Shown: positions 8,468-19,672 of the stretch, one piece after another
Layout of the letters: each line of letters opens with the position of its first letter
Numbering within the stretch: position 1 is the stretch's first letter
NCBI GenBank assembly: GCA_902606105.1
Contig: CACLFK010000004.1
Location: 10,255 to 74,254, forward strand
Direction: 5' to 3'
DNA length: 64,000 nt
Origin: an uncultured Pelagibacteraceae bacterium
GTDB taxonomy: Bacteria > Pseudomonadota > Alphaproteobacteria > Pelagibacterales > Pelagibacteraceae
Made by a program: the position numbers and the translations under genes
The notes under the pieces: generated by a model
Database searches by the model: none
The model's input: only the letters and a program-made list of their open reading frames with translations
Told to the model about the DNA's origin: nothing

Positions 8468-9649
8468 ATGAAAAAAAAATCAAAAAAAATTAAAAAAAAG
8501 GTTAAACCTAAAAAAATAAGAAAAACTAAAACATTAAAAAAAAAAGTAAAAAAAAATAATTCCAAAATAAAAAATAAAGCTAAATTAAAAAAAAATAAAG
8601 CTAAGAGTTATAAAAAAGTTAAAAAATCTGTCACTGTCAAAGTAAAAAAAAAAAATATTCTTATTTTAAAACTAATTAATTTCCAAAATTCACTTAAGCC
8701 TGAATTTAAAATAAAACTAAACTTAAATTTTGAAAAATATATTCAAGGTTTTTTTGATAAAATTGCTAATACTATCGATCAGTACAGAGTAATTAAAAAA
8801 GACGAAGCCAGAAGAATAAAAGTAGAAAAACAAGAAAACGAAAGACTAGAAAAAATTAGGAAAGCTGAGGAAAAACAAAAACAAGAGGATTTAAAATTTA
8901 AATTAAAAGAGGAGACATTAAAAGAAGAAATCAAAATTGAAAAACAAAGAACTAAAGACATAAAATTATTTTTACGAAAAGAGCAAGCATTATTAAGAAT
9001 TGAACAGGCTGAGAAACAAAAACAATTTTTACAAAAATTAAGATTAGATAAACAAATTGAAAAATTTAGAGTTAGAGAAGTTAAAGAATTAGAAAAACTT
9101 GAAAAAATTTCTTTAAAAGAGAAAAGGGAGGATTATGCAGGTCTTCAACAAAGAATAGAAAAATTAAAAGAGAAATATCGAATAATAAGAGACCAAAAAA
9201 TTAAGGAAAGGGTAGAGGCCCTAGGAGTAAAAATTCAAGGAGATGAAGATAGAGAAACGCTTCTTAAAAAAGAAAAAGAATACACAATAGCTAGACAAAA
9301 AATAGAATTTTCTTTGGAAAGTTTTTACAGAAGTGCAAGTAGTTTAGTTTTCCAATTAAACAAAAGACACGTAACAAGACATATGTCGATTTTCAGATGT
9401 ATCGATAGAAGATTTGAGACAGGTGAGATTTTTGTTAAATGGGACGAAGCAGCTGATGATGAATGGTTATTATTGATATACATTAAAAATAATTCACCAG
9501 ACGAAGGTATAGTGATTGAAGACAAAACAAATCCTGAAAAAAATATTTCTCATGAATTCAAAAATAATGAAATTTTTAAGGCTTCAGACACTATGGTAGA
9601 TTCTTTAACTCATCTAATTGCCAGAAAAAGAGCCAAAAATGGCAATTAA
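8468..9649 (+). CDS. Hypothetical protein: Lys-rich N-terminus, long charged coiled coil, C-terminal globular domain
   Basis: 393-codon ORF from ATG 8468; 34 of the first 63 residues are Lys; E/K/R-rich helical middle. Confidence 0.75.
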   Translation: MKKKSKKIKKKVKPKKIRKTKTLKKKVKKNNSKIKNKAKLKKNKAKSYKKVKKSVTVKVKKKNILILKLINFQNSLKPEFKIKLNLNFEKYIQGFFDKIANTIDQYRVIKKDEARRIKVEKQENERLEKIRKAEEKQKQEDLKFKLKEETLKEEIKIEKQRTKDIKLFLRKEQALLRIEQAEKQKQFLQKLRLDKQIEKFRVREVKELEKLEKISLKEKREDYAGLQQRIEKLKEKYRIIRDQKIKERVEALGVKIQGDEDRETLLKKEKEYTIARQKIEFSLESFYRSASSLVFQLNKRHVTRHMSIFRCIDRRFETGEIFVKWDEAADDEWLLLIYIKNNSPDEGIVIEDKTNPEKNISHEFKNNEIFKASDTMVDSLTHLIARKRAKNGN

Positions 9650-9679
9650 TAGAACTAAAAACATTTGGTAGTATTAATA

Positions 9680-9973
9680 ATGCTTTTTGGAATTATTTTA
9701 ATGGTTACTCTGTTCATAATTTTAACTTACGTTCTTTCATGGATAAGGTACTTTAATAGTCTGGATCCTAGACTAGGTCAATCAACTTGGCGGTGGAGTT
9801 ACGACTACCCTGTAATTGGACTAAGAGACTTTTCAGACTTAGATGATAGAGAGTTTGTTAAGTTAAGAAGAAAAAGAAATAGAATAATAACATTGATGTA
9901 TTCAATTGTATTAATAATGTTTATGCTTTCAATGTCATTGCTAAGTGAAATAATGATTTTTTTTTTAGCTTAA
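9680..9973 (+). CDS. Small hypothetical membrane protein (2 TM)
   Basis: Hydrophobic N- and C-terminal segments flanking a charged loop; start uncertain (9665/9680/9701). Confidence 0.65.
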   Translation: MLFGIILMVTLFIILTYVLSWIRYFNSLDPRLGQSTWRWSYDYPVIGLRDFSDLDDREFVKLRRKRNRIITLMYSIVLIMFMLSMSLLSEIMIFFLA

Positions 9974-10317
9974 TTTTTCAATTGTTTCTTATTTTTGAGA
10001 TATAGAAAATAAGCAATAATTTCATATGCATAATTAAAAATTGTAAAAATTATTGGAAGTTTAAAAAATTTATATAAAAATCTATATTTGGGTATTTTCT
10101 GCCAAACATACAAAAAAGCTTCAGCTCCCTCTAAAACTTTATCATTATCTTTTACATGTAATCGTCTTAAGAGTTGCTTGTCATCTTTATTAGTCTCTTT
10201 TTCAGCTAATTCATTATTGGTTATATCGATCCAATCTATCTGTTCTATTTTTTCTTTTTTATACAAGTTGATTTCAGATCTACAAATTTTACAGGAATTG
10301 TTGTAATAAACTTTCAT
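9970..10317 (-). CDS. DCC1-like thiol-disulfide oxidoreductase (DUF393)
   Basis: MKVYYNNSCKIC (CxxC), RLHV, GAEAF; start moved to ATG 10317. Confidence 0.85.
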   Translation of the reverse strand: MKVYYNNSCKICRSEINLYKKEKIEQIDWIDITNNELAEKETNKDDKQLLRRLHVKDNDKVLEGAEAFLYVWQKIPKYRFLYKFFKLPIIFTIFNYAYEIIAYFLYLKNKKQLKN

Positions 10318-10402
10318 ATTACAATAGTTATCCTTTAACAGATTTTTGTACATGTGTAAAAAGAGCAGTTGCAAAGAAAATATAAACCTTTAAGTAACTC
10401 CT

Positions 10403-11815
10403 ATGAGTAATTTCTTTGATAAATCAGATTTGGTAAGAAAAGATGCTGAAAATATAGTATCAGATACTTTAAAAAATTGTGATGATGGAGAATTGTACTT
10501 GGAAGACTCAAAGTCAGAGTCAATTATCTTAGATGATAATAAGATTAAGAGTTCAAACTATAGTTCTGATTTGGGCTTTGGATTTAGAGCAGTATCCGAC
10601 GAAGTAGTTGCTTATTCTTATTCAAACGAAATATCAAAAGACTCTTTAAAAAGTTCATCAGAAAATCTTAAGTCAACTATTAAATCAGTCAAAGGTACTT
10701 ATAATAATGAGATACCAAAATCTAACAAAAAATTTTATAGCGATATAAATCCTATAGAACAAAAAACTTTAAACTCTAAGCTAGAAGTACTAAATAAAGT
10801 GAATGATTACTTAAGAAAAAAAGATGAATCTGTAAAACAGGTTACAGCAAATTTTTTAGGTGAACATAAGTCAGTAGAAATAATCAGATCAGGTGGTGAG
10901 GCAATAACAGATATCAGGCCATTAATTAGATTTAATGTATCTGTAATGCTTGAAAGAAATGGAAGAAAAGAAACAGGTGTGTATGGCATTGGAGGCAGAC
11001 AAGGTTACGATGATTATTTACAGAATGACAAATGGAAGAATGTATGTGAAGAAGCTTTTAGAATTGCTTCAGTTAACTTGGAAAGTAAACCCGCACCTGC
11101 TGGCGAAATGAAAGTAGTCCTAGGACCAGGTTGGCCAGCAATACTAATTCATGAAGCAATAGGACATGGCCTAGAGGGTGATTTTAACAGAAAAAAAACA
11201 TCAGCATTTCATAACTTAATGGGGCAGAAAGTTGCAAGTGAAGGTGTCACAATTGTTGATGATGGTACCATAGATAATAGAAGAGGCAGTCTTACAATAG
11301 ACGATGAAGGTACACCAACTGAAAGAACCGTTTTAATTGAAAATGGAATTTTAAAAAACTTTATGCAAGACAGATTAAATGCACGTTTAATGAATACAAG
11401 GTCAACTGGTTCAGGAAGAAGAGAAAACTATCGACACGTAGTTTTACCTAGAATGAGAAATACTATGATGTTAAGTGGCAATCAAACTCAAGATGAGATG
11501 ATTAAATCTGTTGATAAAGGTATTTTTGCTGTGAGCTTTGGGGGTGGACAAGTAGATATTACTTCAGGAAAATTTGTTTTTAATTGTACAGAAGCATACG
11601 AAATTATTAATGGCAAAATAGGTTCTCCAATAAAGGGAGCGACATTAATAGGAGATGGTCCATCAATTTTAAAGGAAGTTTCAATGGTCGGTAACGATAT
11701 GATGTTAGACCCTGGTATAGGCACATGTGGGAAAGCTGGGCAAGGAGTTCCTGTTGGTGTAGCACAGCCATCAATATTAATTGATAAAATGACAGTGGGT
11801 GGAACAAAACTATAA
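10403..11815 (+). CDS. tldD: Metalloprotease TldD
   Basis: HEAIGHGLEGDFNRK, DDEG, PRMRNT, CGKAGQGVPV. Confidence 0.97.
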   Translation: MSNFFDKSDLVRKDAENIVSDTLKNCDDGELYLEDSKSESIILDDNKIKSSNYSSDLGFGFRAVSDEVVAYSYSNEISKDSLKSSSENLKSTIKSVKGTYNNEIPKSNKKFYSDINPIEQKTLNSKLEVLNKVNDYLRKKDESVKQVTANFLGEHKSVEIIRSGGEAITDIRPLIRFNVSVMLERNGRKETGVYGIGGRQGYDDYLQNDKWKNVCEEAFRIASVNLESKPAPAGEMKVVLGPGWPAILIHEAIGHGLEGDFNRKKTSAFHNLMGQKVASEGVTIVDDGTIDNRRGSLTIDDEGTPTERTVLIENGILKNFMQDRLNARLMNTRSTGSGRRENYRHVVLPRMRNTMMLSGNQTQDEMIKSVDKGIFAVSFGGGQVDITSGKFVFNCTEAYEIINGKIGSPIKGATLIGDGPSILKEVSMVGNDMMLDPGIGTCGKAGQGVPVGVAQPSILIDKMTVGGTKL

Positions 11816-11818
11816 TTA

Positions 11819-13135
11819 ATGATTAAAGATCAAGGTTTCTTAGAAGCTAAAGCTGCATATTGTCTAGATGTTGCAAAAAAAATTGGAGCTTCAGATGCAA
11901 GTGTTACAATAGGTCATTCTATTTCTGAAACAGTCAATTTTAGAAATAAAAATTTAGATGAGTCTAATCGATCTGATGGACTAGCGTTTAGTATAGATAC
12001 TTATATTGGTAAAAAAAAATCTTCAATTTCTTCATCAAATTTATTAGATGAAAATTTATATATACTTATAGAGAAATGCTATGAAACAACCAAAATTACA
12101 CCAGAGGATGAGTTTAATTCATTACCAGATAAAAATTTACTTGCAGATAAACTTAAAGATTTAAATATTTATGATAACACCCATATTGATAATGATAAAA
12201 AAATTTACTATTTAAAAGAATTAGAAAACATAGCATCAGAGGATAAAAAAATAATAAACACAGAGTCCAGTTTTACTGAAAAAAAAACTAATTTTATTTT
12301 AGCAAATAGTGATGGTTTTTGTAGTGGTTACAAAACATCTTCATTCACTACGTCATGTGTAGCTGTTGCTAAAGACGAAAATAGCATGGAGAGAGATTAT
12401 GAATATTCAAGTAAAAGATATTTAGATGATATCAAAGATCCCCAAACCTTAGGTAAACTGGCAAGTCATCAGACAATTAGAAAATTAAGTCCAAAAAAAA
12501 TAGGAAGCGAAAAATTAAGTGTCATATTTGATAAGAGAATTGCAAAAGGTATGCTGAGTGCTTTTGCAAGTGCAATTTCATCCTCTGCAATCGCTAGAGG
12601 AACTTCCTTCCTTAAAGACCAAATAGATGAGCAGATATTTTCTAATTCTATAAATATAATTGATAAACCAGATATAATTAAGGGTTTAGGGTCAAAAAAT
12701 TTTGACTCAGAAGGTATTAAATCTGAAACCCTCAATCTAGTTAAAGAGGGTGTGCTTAAAAATTATCTTGTAGATACTTATAATGGTAGAAAACTAAACC
12801 TTCAATCAAATGGAAGAAGCGGAGGTACTACAAATTTGTATTTTGAGAATGGAAAACAAAGTTATGAGGAGCTATTAAAAACTAATTCAAAATGCATTTA
12901 TATTACAGAAACAATAGGCCATGGCAGCAATCTTGTAACTGGAGATTACTCTGTTGGAGCAACTGGGTTTTTAGTAGAGAATGGTGAATTTAAATATCCA
13001 ATAAATGAAATAACAATTGCAGGAAATTTTAAAGATATGTTTAAAAAAATATCTTTAGCAAATGACTTAGATTTTGAATATTCAACAAATTCTCCAACTA
13101 TGTTGATTGAGGGCATGACAGTTGCTGGCAAATGA
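11819..13135 (+). CDS. pmbA: TldE/PmbA
   Basis: MERDY, FDSEG, TGDYSVGATG, EITIAGN; adjacent to tldD. Confidence 0.93.
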   Translation: MIKDQGFLEAKAAYCLDVAKKIGASDASVTIGHSISETVNFRNKNLDESNRSDGLAFSIDTYIGKKKSSISSSNLLDENLYILIEKCYETTKITPEDEFNSLPDKNLLADKLKDLNIYDNTHIDNDKKIYYLKELENIASEDKKIINTESSFTEKKTNFILANSDGFCSGYKTSSFTTSCVAVAKDENSMERDYEYSSKRYLDDIKDPQTLGKLASHQTIRKLSPKKIGSEKLSVIFDKRIAKGMLSAFASAISSSAIARGTSFLKDQIDEQIFSNSINIIDKPDIIKGLGSKNFDSEGIKSETLNLVKEGVLKNYLVDTYNGRKLNLQSNGRSGGTTNLYFENGKQSYEELLKTNSKCIYITETIGHGSNLVTGDYSVGATGFLVENGEFKYPINEITIAGNFKDMFKKISLANDLDFEYSTNSPTMLIEGMTVAGK

Positions 13136-14103
13136 GTAGTTTTTGTGTAATTGGCTCAGGAATTTCTGGAGCAACCATCGCAAATCTCTTAAACAAAAAA
13201 CACTCTGTTGATTTGTATGATAAAGCAAGAGGCTTAGGTGGCAGATCATCTTTTAAAAGATTAGATAAAATAAGGGGTTTCGACCATGGGACTCAATACT
13301 TTTCTCCAAAAACACCAGAATTTAAAAGATTTACTAAAAAGCTAATAGAAAAAAAAATACTAAAAATTTGGAAAGGAAATCATAAATTTTTAAGTGACAA
13401 AAAAAAAGAAAATAAAAAACATGTTAAGGTTATTGGCAGAAAAGGAAACAATGACATTAGTAAATATCTTTTAAAAAATGTAAGATGTTATTTTCAAAGT
13501 GAACTAAAAAAAATAAATTTCCAAAACAGAAAATGGAATTTAATATTTAATGATGGTGAAGTTAGAAATTATAAAAATTTAATTTTAACATGTCCGTTCC
13601 CTCAACTTAAAAAATTGTCAAAAAATTATATTAAAAATTCATTTATAAATACTAAAGTCAAGATGGATGCAAATATAACAATTTTAATAGAAATAAAAAA
13701 AACCAACTTAAGTTATAGTAGTTTTTTATTTAATGATAGAATTCTAGGATGGGCTGGTTACGAAAATAGTAAAAAAAGATTTAAGAGTAAAAGTGATCTT
13801 TGGACATTACAAAGTACTTTTAATTGGGCAAATAAAAAAATTAATCAAAATAAAGCACTCAAAAAAACTAATGCCAAAATTTTGATTGATAAATTTTTTA
13901 AATTAACAGGAGTTAAGCGGACAAAAGTACTCTTTTCGCTTAACCATGGTTGGAAGTACTCCTCAAATTCAAAACCACTAAAATTAAAAAGTTATTGGAA
14001 TTCCAGATTAAATCTAGGTGTATGTGCGGACTGGTTTAATGGACCAAGACTGGAGTCAGGATGGATAAGTGCAAATGATCTTTATAAGAAAATAAACAGA
14101 TAA
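13132..14103 (+). CDS. Renalase-like NAD(P)/FAD-dependent oxidoreductase
   Basis: VIGSGISG, DKARGLGGR, FDHGTQYF, CADWFNGPRLESGWISA. Confidence 0.85.
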   Translation: MSSFCVIGSGISGATIANLLNKKHSVDLYDKARGLGGRSSFKRLDKIRGFDHGTQYFSPKTPEFKRFTKKLIEKKILKIWKGNHKFLSDKKKENKKHVKVIGRKGNNDISKYLLKNVRCYFQSELKKINFQNRKWNLIFNDGEVRNYKNLILTCPFPQLKKLSKNYIKNSFINTKVKMDANITILIEIKKTNLSYSSFLFNDRILGWAGYENSKKRFKSKSDLWTLQSTFNWANKKINQNKALKKTNAKILIDKFFKLTGVKRTKVLFSLNHGWKYSSNSKPLKLKSYWNSRLNLGVCADWFNGPRLESGWISANDLYKKINR

Positions 14104-14104
14104 A

Positions 14105-14785
14105 TTACTCGTAATTTTTTAATCTATATTCCCAATTTCCCATTCTTTGATATGTAACTTTAACTATTAAAGAATTTTTTTTATCCAACCAAATATCAAA
14201 ATTTAATCTTTTATCATCTGGAAGGGTCATATCTTTGGAGGTTAATTTGAAATGATCAGTCTCATATTCTTGACCATTAATTATAATTTTTTCTTTTCCA
14301 ACAAAAGTAACTATCTGTTCTTTAATACTACCTGATATTGGGCTTATTTGGCTACTAACTTGTAATATTTTATGACTCCACCAGTTTCCAATAGCATTTT
14401 CAAGGGGGGCTTCACCAGAGAAAGAAGAGCCCACAATATCAAATTTTTTGGTTTCTTTATTTAAAGTTAAGTTTACAAACTTTTCTTTTTTGTTCTGTAA
14501 AGTTTTTGAGTTAAAAGAAATCAATTGATCTTTCAAATATTTTTCTTCACCAATACCCTCTACTTCAAAAACTGTTGCTCCCAAAAGTTTTACCTCAAAT
14601 TTGAATTGGTTAGTCACTAGAGTCACATCATCTTTTTGTGAAAAAAAATAATAATTATATCCAATTAATTCATTATTTCTTAAAATTTCCATCTCAATTT
14701 TTTTATAGTTACTGTAATGACCAATATGAGCATACGAGGCAAAGCAAATAAAAATAAATATGATGCTGAGTGAGATTTTTTTCAT
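14105..14785 (-). CDS. Exported beta-rich protein, DUF6134-like
   Basis: Signal peptide; RNNELIG, NWW, G.EKIIING....TDHF, DIWLD pattern. Confidence 0.65.
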   Translation of the reverse strand: MKKISLSIIFIFICFASYAHIGHYSNYKKIEMEILRNNELIGYNYYFFSQKDDVTLVTNQFKFEVKLLGATVFEVEGIGEEKYLKDQLISFNSKTLQNKKEKFVNLTLNKETKKFDIVGSSFSGEAPLENAIGNWWSHKILQVSSQISPISGSIKEQIVTFVGKEKIIINGQEYETDHFKLTSKDMTLPDDKRLNFDIWLDKKNSLIVKVTYQRMGNWEYRLKNYE

Positions 14786-14825
14786 TATAAGCAAGTATTA
14801 ATAATTTTATAAGTAACAGTATAAT

Positions 14826-15473
14826 ATGTTTTTATCCATTAAAAATATCCCCAAAGTATATTGGAGCTCAGATAAAAGCTTTAACTTCAAACCAAAATTT
14901 TCAACCTCATTTTTTTTAATTTTTGGTTTAATTATATTTGGTTTTGGAGAGGGATTATTAATATTATCAACTAAAGGAAATTCTCCCTGGTCTGTACTAG
15001 CAGAGGGAATATCAAAAAATTCTAAATTATCTATCGGTGCAGCAACATTTCTGATTAGTGTAAGTGTCCTTTTTTTATGGATATTTCTTAGACAGAAGCC
15101 AGGCCTTGGCACTATTTTTAATATAATTATTATTTCTGGAATAATAGATGTTACTTTATATTTTTTTGATCCACCTTCATCTAACATAATAAAATATTTA
15201 TTAGCAATATTTTCAGTAATACTGGTTGGCATAGGTAGTGGTATTTATTTAGTTGCAAATCTTGGACCAGGTCCAAGAGATGGATTAATGACTGGACTAA
15301 CAAAAGTTACAAACTTACCTATTGCTTTAGTCAGAGCATTTTTAGAAATTTCAGTTGTAATAGCTGGATGGTATCTAGGTGGAACGGTAGGAGTTGGAAC
15401 TTTGATTTTTGCTTTTGGAATCGGTCCCTGCGTTGCTTTTGGATTATTTATTGTTAATAAAATTTTTAGTTAG
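14826..15473 (+). CDS. YczE/YyaS/YitT family membrane protein
   Basis: GNSPW, PGLGT, LGPGPRDGLM, GGTVGVGT. Confidence 0.9.
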   Translation: MFLSIKNIPKVYWSSDKSFNFKPKFSTSFFLIFGLIIFGFGEGLLILSTKGNSPWSVLAEGISKNSKLSIGAATFLISVSVLFLWIFLRQKPGLGTIFNIIIISGIIDVTLYFFDPPSSNIIKYLLAIFSVILVGIGSGIYLVANLGPGPRDGLMTGLTKVTNLPIALVRAFLEISVVIAGWYLGGTVGVGTLIFAFGIGPCVAFGLFIVNKIFS

Positions 15474-17296
15474 GCTGCTGCCCCAGATTTTTCACTTCTT
15501 TTTCTTTCATGAGGATCAAGAATAGATTTCCTTAGTCTACAAGACTCAGGAGTAATTTCTAATGCTTCGTCCGTGTTAAGCATACTAAGTTGTTCCGCAA
15601 TAGACATTTTTCTTACTGGAGTGAGAACAACGTTTTCATCTGTACCTTGTGTCCTCATATTTGTTAATTTTTTCCCCTTCATAACATTGATTATCATATC
15701 ACCTGGTTTTGGAGACAAACCAACTATCATTCCAGGATAAACAGGATCGTTATGTGTTACGAACATTTCTCCTCTGGCCTGCAAGTTAAATATAGCAAAA
15801 GCTACTGCTTTACCTTGCTCCATTGCAATTAAAGCCCCATTTCTTCTCCCTTCCATTTCACCTTCAAAAGGCCCATAGCTATGAAAAATCCTATTAATAA
15901 CACCATTACCTTTTGTAAGGGTCAAAAATCTGCTTGTGTAACCCATTAATCCACGTGTTGGGGCATGAAAAATAAGTCTTTTTTTATCTTTACCAGTATC
16001 TTTTAAATCAATTAATTTACCTTTACGTCTATTCATAGAGTCTATTACTTTTGATGAGAATTCTTCATCTAAATCCATTGTAATCTCTTCGATGGGTTCT
16101 AGTTTTTTTCCACTTTCATCAATTTGATACAAAACCTTAGGTGGACTGACTGTCATCTCAAATCCTTCTCGTCTCATTTGAGTAAGTAAAATTTCTAACA
16201 TAAGCTCACCTCTACCGCTTACAACAAATGAGTCATTGCCATCGTTTTCAGAAAAAGTAATTCCTACATTATTCTGAGCCTCTTGAAGTAGTCGATCTCT
16301 AATTTGAGTACTTGTGAGTTTTTTACCTTCTTTTCCTGCAAGGGGAGATGTGTTAACAGTTATTGTGATAGACATTGTAGGCGGATCTATTGGTGTCGCT
16401 GAAATAGGTTCATTTACATCTAAATCACAAATGGTATCTGCAACATTAGCCTTTTCTAATCCAGCTATCACTACAATATCCCCAGCCTCACCAACTTCAA
16501 TTGGCACTTTTTTAGTTCCCTCATATCTAAAAATTTTAGTCAGTTTCCCTTCATCTACTTTTTCACCTTTTAAATTAATTGCTTTTATTGATTGATTAGC
16601 TTTAGCAGTTCCTTGGGTAATTCTGCCTACTAAACTTCTTCCTAAAAAACTATCTGCATAAAGAAGTGTAGATAACATTGCAAAAGGTTTTTTTTTTTCA
16701 AATTTTGCTGGTTTTACATGATCAAGAATTAAATCCAAAAGTGCATTTAAATTCTCTCTAGGTCCGTCCACTTCTGTGTCCGCCCATCCAGATCTGCCAC
16801 TTGCGTATAAAACTGGGAAATCTAGTTGCTCCTCATTTGCATCTAGGCTTACAAATAAATCAAATGTTTCATCTAAAACTTCATTAGCCCTCTGATCAGC
16901 TTTATCAAGTTTGTTAATCACAACAATTGGTTTAAGACCTTGTTTTAAAGCTTTAGATAATACAAACTTTGTTTGAGGCATTACTCCTTCAGCAGAGTCT
17001 ATAAGCAATAGAGCACCATCAGCCATGCTTAAAACTCTTTCAACTTCTGCAGCAAAGTCTCTGTGACCTGGGGTATCAATTATATTTATTCTTGTATCTT
17101 TCCAATTAATTGAGGCAGGTTTTGCTAAAATTGTAATTCCTCTTTCTTTTTCTAATTCACCAGAGTCCATTAGCCTTTCATCAACAACTTCATTTTCTCT
17201 AAAAGACCCACTTTGCTTCATTAAATTATCAATCAAAGTAGTCTTGCCGTGGTCTACGTGGGCAATAATCGTGATGTTTCTAATATCATTTGTCAT
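15470..17296 (-). CDS. typA: Translational GTPase TypA/BipA
   Basis: AHVDHGKTT, ERGITILAK, DTPGH, NKLD, GRGEL, KKLTNMR. Confidence 0.97.
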   Translation of the reverse strand: MTNDIRNITIIAHVDHGKTTLIDNLMKQSGSFRENEVVDERLMDSGELEKERGITILAKPASINWKDTRINIIDTPGHRDFAAEVERVLSMADGALLLIDSAEGVMPQTKFVLSKALKQGLKPIVVINKLDKADQRANEVLDETFDLFVSLDANEEQLDFPVLYASGRSGWADTEVDGPRENLNALLDLILDHVKPAKFEKKKPFAMLSTLLYADSFLGRSLVGRITQGTAKANQSIKAINLKGEKVDEGKLTKIFRYEGTKKVPIEVGEAGDIVVIAGLEKANVADTICDLDVNEPISATPIDPPTMSITITVNTSPLAGKEGKKLTSTQIRDRLLQEAQNNVGITFSENDGNDSFVVSGRGELMLEILLTQMRREGFEMTVSPPKVLYQIDESGKKLEPIEEITMDLDEEFSSKVIDSMNRRKGKLIDLKDTGKDKKRLIFHAPTRGLMGYTSRFLTLTKGNGVINRIFHSYGPFEGEMEGRRNGALIAMEQGKAVAFAIFNLQARGEMFVTHNDPVYPGMIVGLSPKPGDMIINVMKGKKLTNMRTQGTDENVVLTPVRKMSIAEQLSMLNTDEALEITPESCRLRKSILDPHERKRSEKSGAAA

Positions 17297-17381
17297 AAAA
17301 TGTGGTTCTTATACATATTTAATTAATTTTTAAAACTTAAAAAAAACTAATATTTATTGGAGATTTTATTAAATTTGATGT

Positions 17382-17498
17382 TTAATTTGCTTTTTTCTGC
17401 TTTTCTTTTTTAAGTTTTCTTTTTTCTTTAAAACTTAATTTTGCTTTTTTTTTTATACTAGAGTCTTTAAATGATTTTCCACTATATCTCTTTGACAT
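17382..17498 (-). CDS. 38-aa basic small protein (not in ORF track)
   Basis: Hand translation MSKRYSGKSFKDSSIKKKAKLSFKEKRKLKKEKQKKAN*; fills the groEL-typA spacer; alternative in-frame ATG at 17510. Confidence 0.6.
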   Translation of the reverse strand: MSKRYSGKSFKDSSIKKKAKLSFKEKRKLKKEKQKKAN

Positions 17499-17512
17499 AT
17501 TTTCCAACATAT

Positions 17513-17543
17513 AAAAAAAAGGCCATCTTGTGATGGCCTTTTT
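17513..17543. terminator. Rho-independent terminator of groEL (bidirectional form)
   Basis: A8-GGCCATC-TTGT-GATGGCC-T5; perfect 7-bp stem with a U8 tail on the minus strand. Confidence 0.92.
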
Positions 17544-17563
17544 GAATTCATATTTATATAGGG

Positions 17564-19246
<1,683 letters not shown>

Positions 19247-19250
19247 TTAA

Positions 19251-19541
19251 TTACTTATCAGAAATACCCATAATGTCAGACTCTTTCATTATGCTGTATT
19301 CTTTACCATCAATTTTGACTTCAGTTCCTGACCATTTGCCAAATAAAACTTTGTCACCAACTTTAACATCCATTGGAATTAATTTTCCATCTTCTGTTTT
19401 AGCTCCACCACCAATAGCAACCACTTTTCCTTCTTGAGGTTTTTCTTGAGCTGTATCTGGGATGATAATTCCACCAGCAGTTTTTTCACTACTGTCTAAT
19501 ACTTCAATTAACACTCTGTCATGTAACGGTTTAAACTTCAT
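19251..19541 (-). CDS. groS: Co-chaperonin GroES
   Basis: [22 protein letters not shown]; SD AAGGAG. Confidence 0.99.
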   Translation of the reverse strand: MKFKPLHDRVLIEVLDSSEKTAGGIIIPDTAQEKPQEGKVVAIGGGAKTEDGKLIPMDVKVGDKVLFGKWSGTEVKIDGKEYSIMKESDIMGISDK

Positions 19542-19577
19542 AAATCTCCTTTATAATTCTATATAAATATGGACTTC

Positions 19578-19605
19578 ATATAGATATTACGCTGCTTATT
19601 TCAAG
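19578..19605 (-). promoter_or_regulatory. RpoH (sigma32) promoter of groESL
   Basis: Minus strand CTTGAAATAAGCAGCGTAATATCTATAT = CTTG-N17-TCTATAT. Confidence 0.8.
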
Positions 19606-19672
19606 ATTAGATATTCGATTAGGAACTAATAATGCTAGGAAATTGGGGATTTTATGGTTTATACCTTAAATA

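Noticed and set aside
3723-13135. RiPP cluster built from ptrB, tldD/pmbA and small ORFs
   Set aside because: No precursor peptide, YcaO, radical SAM or exporter; these are housekeeping peptidases
14807-15232. 141-aa minus-strand ORF
   Set aside because: Antisense shadow of the well-supported YczE-family gene
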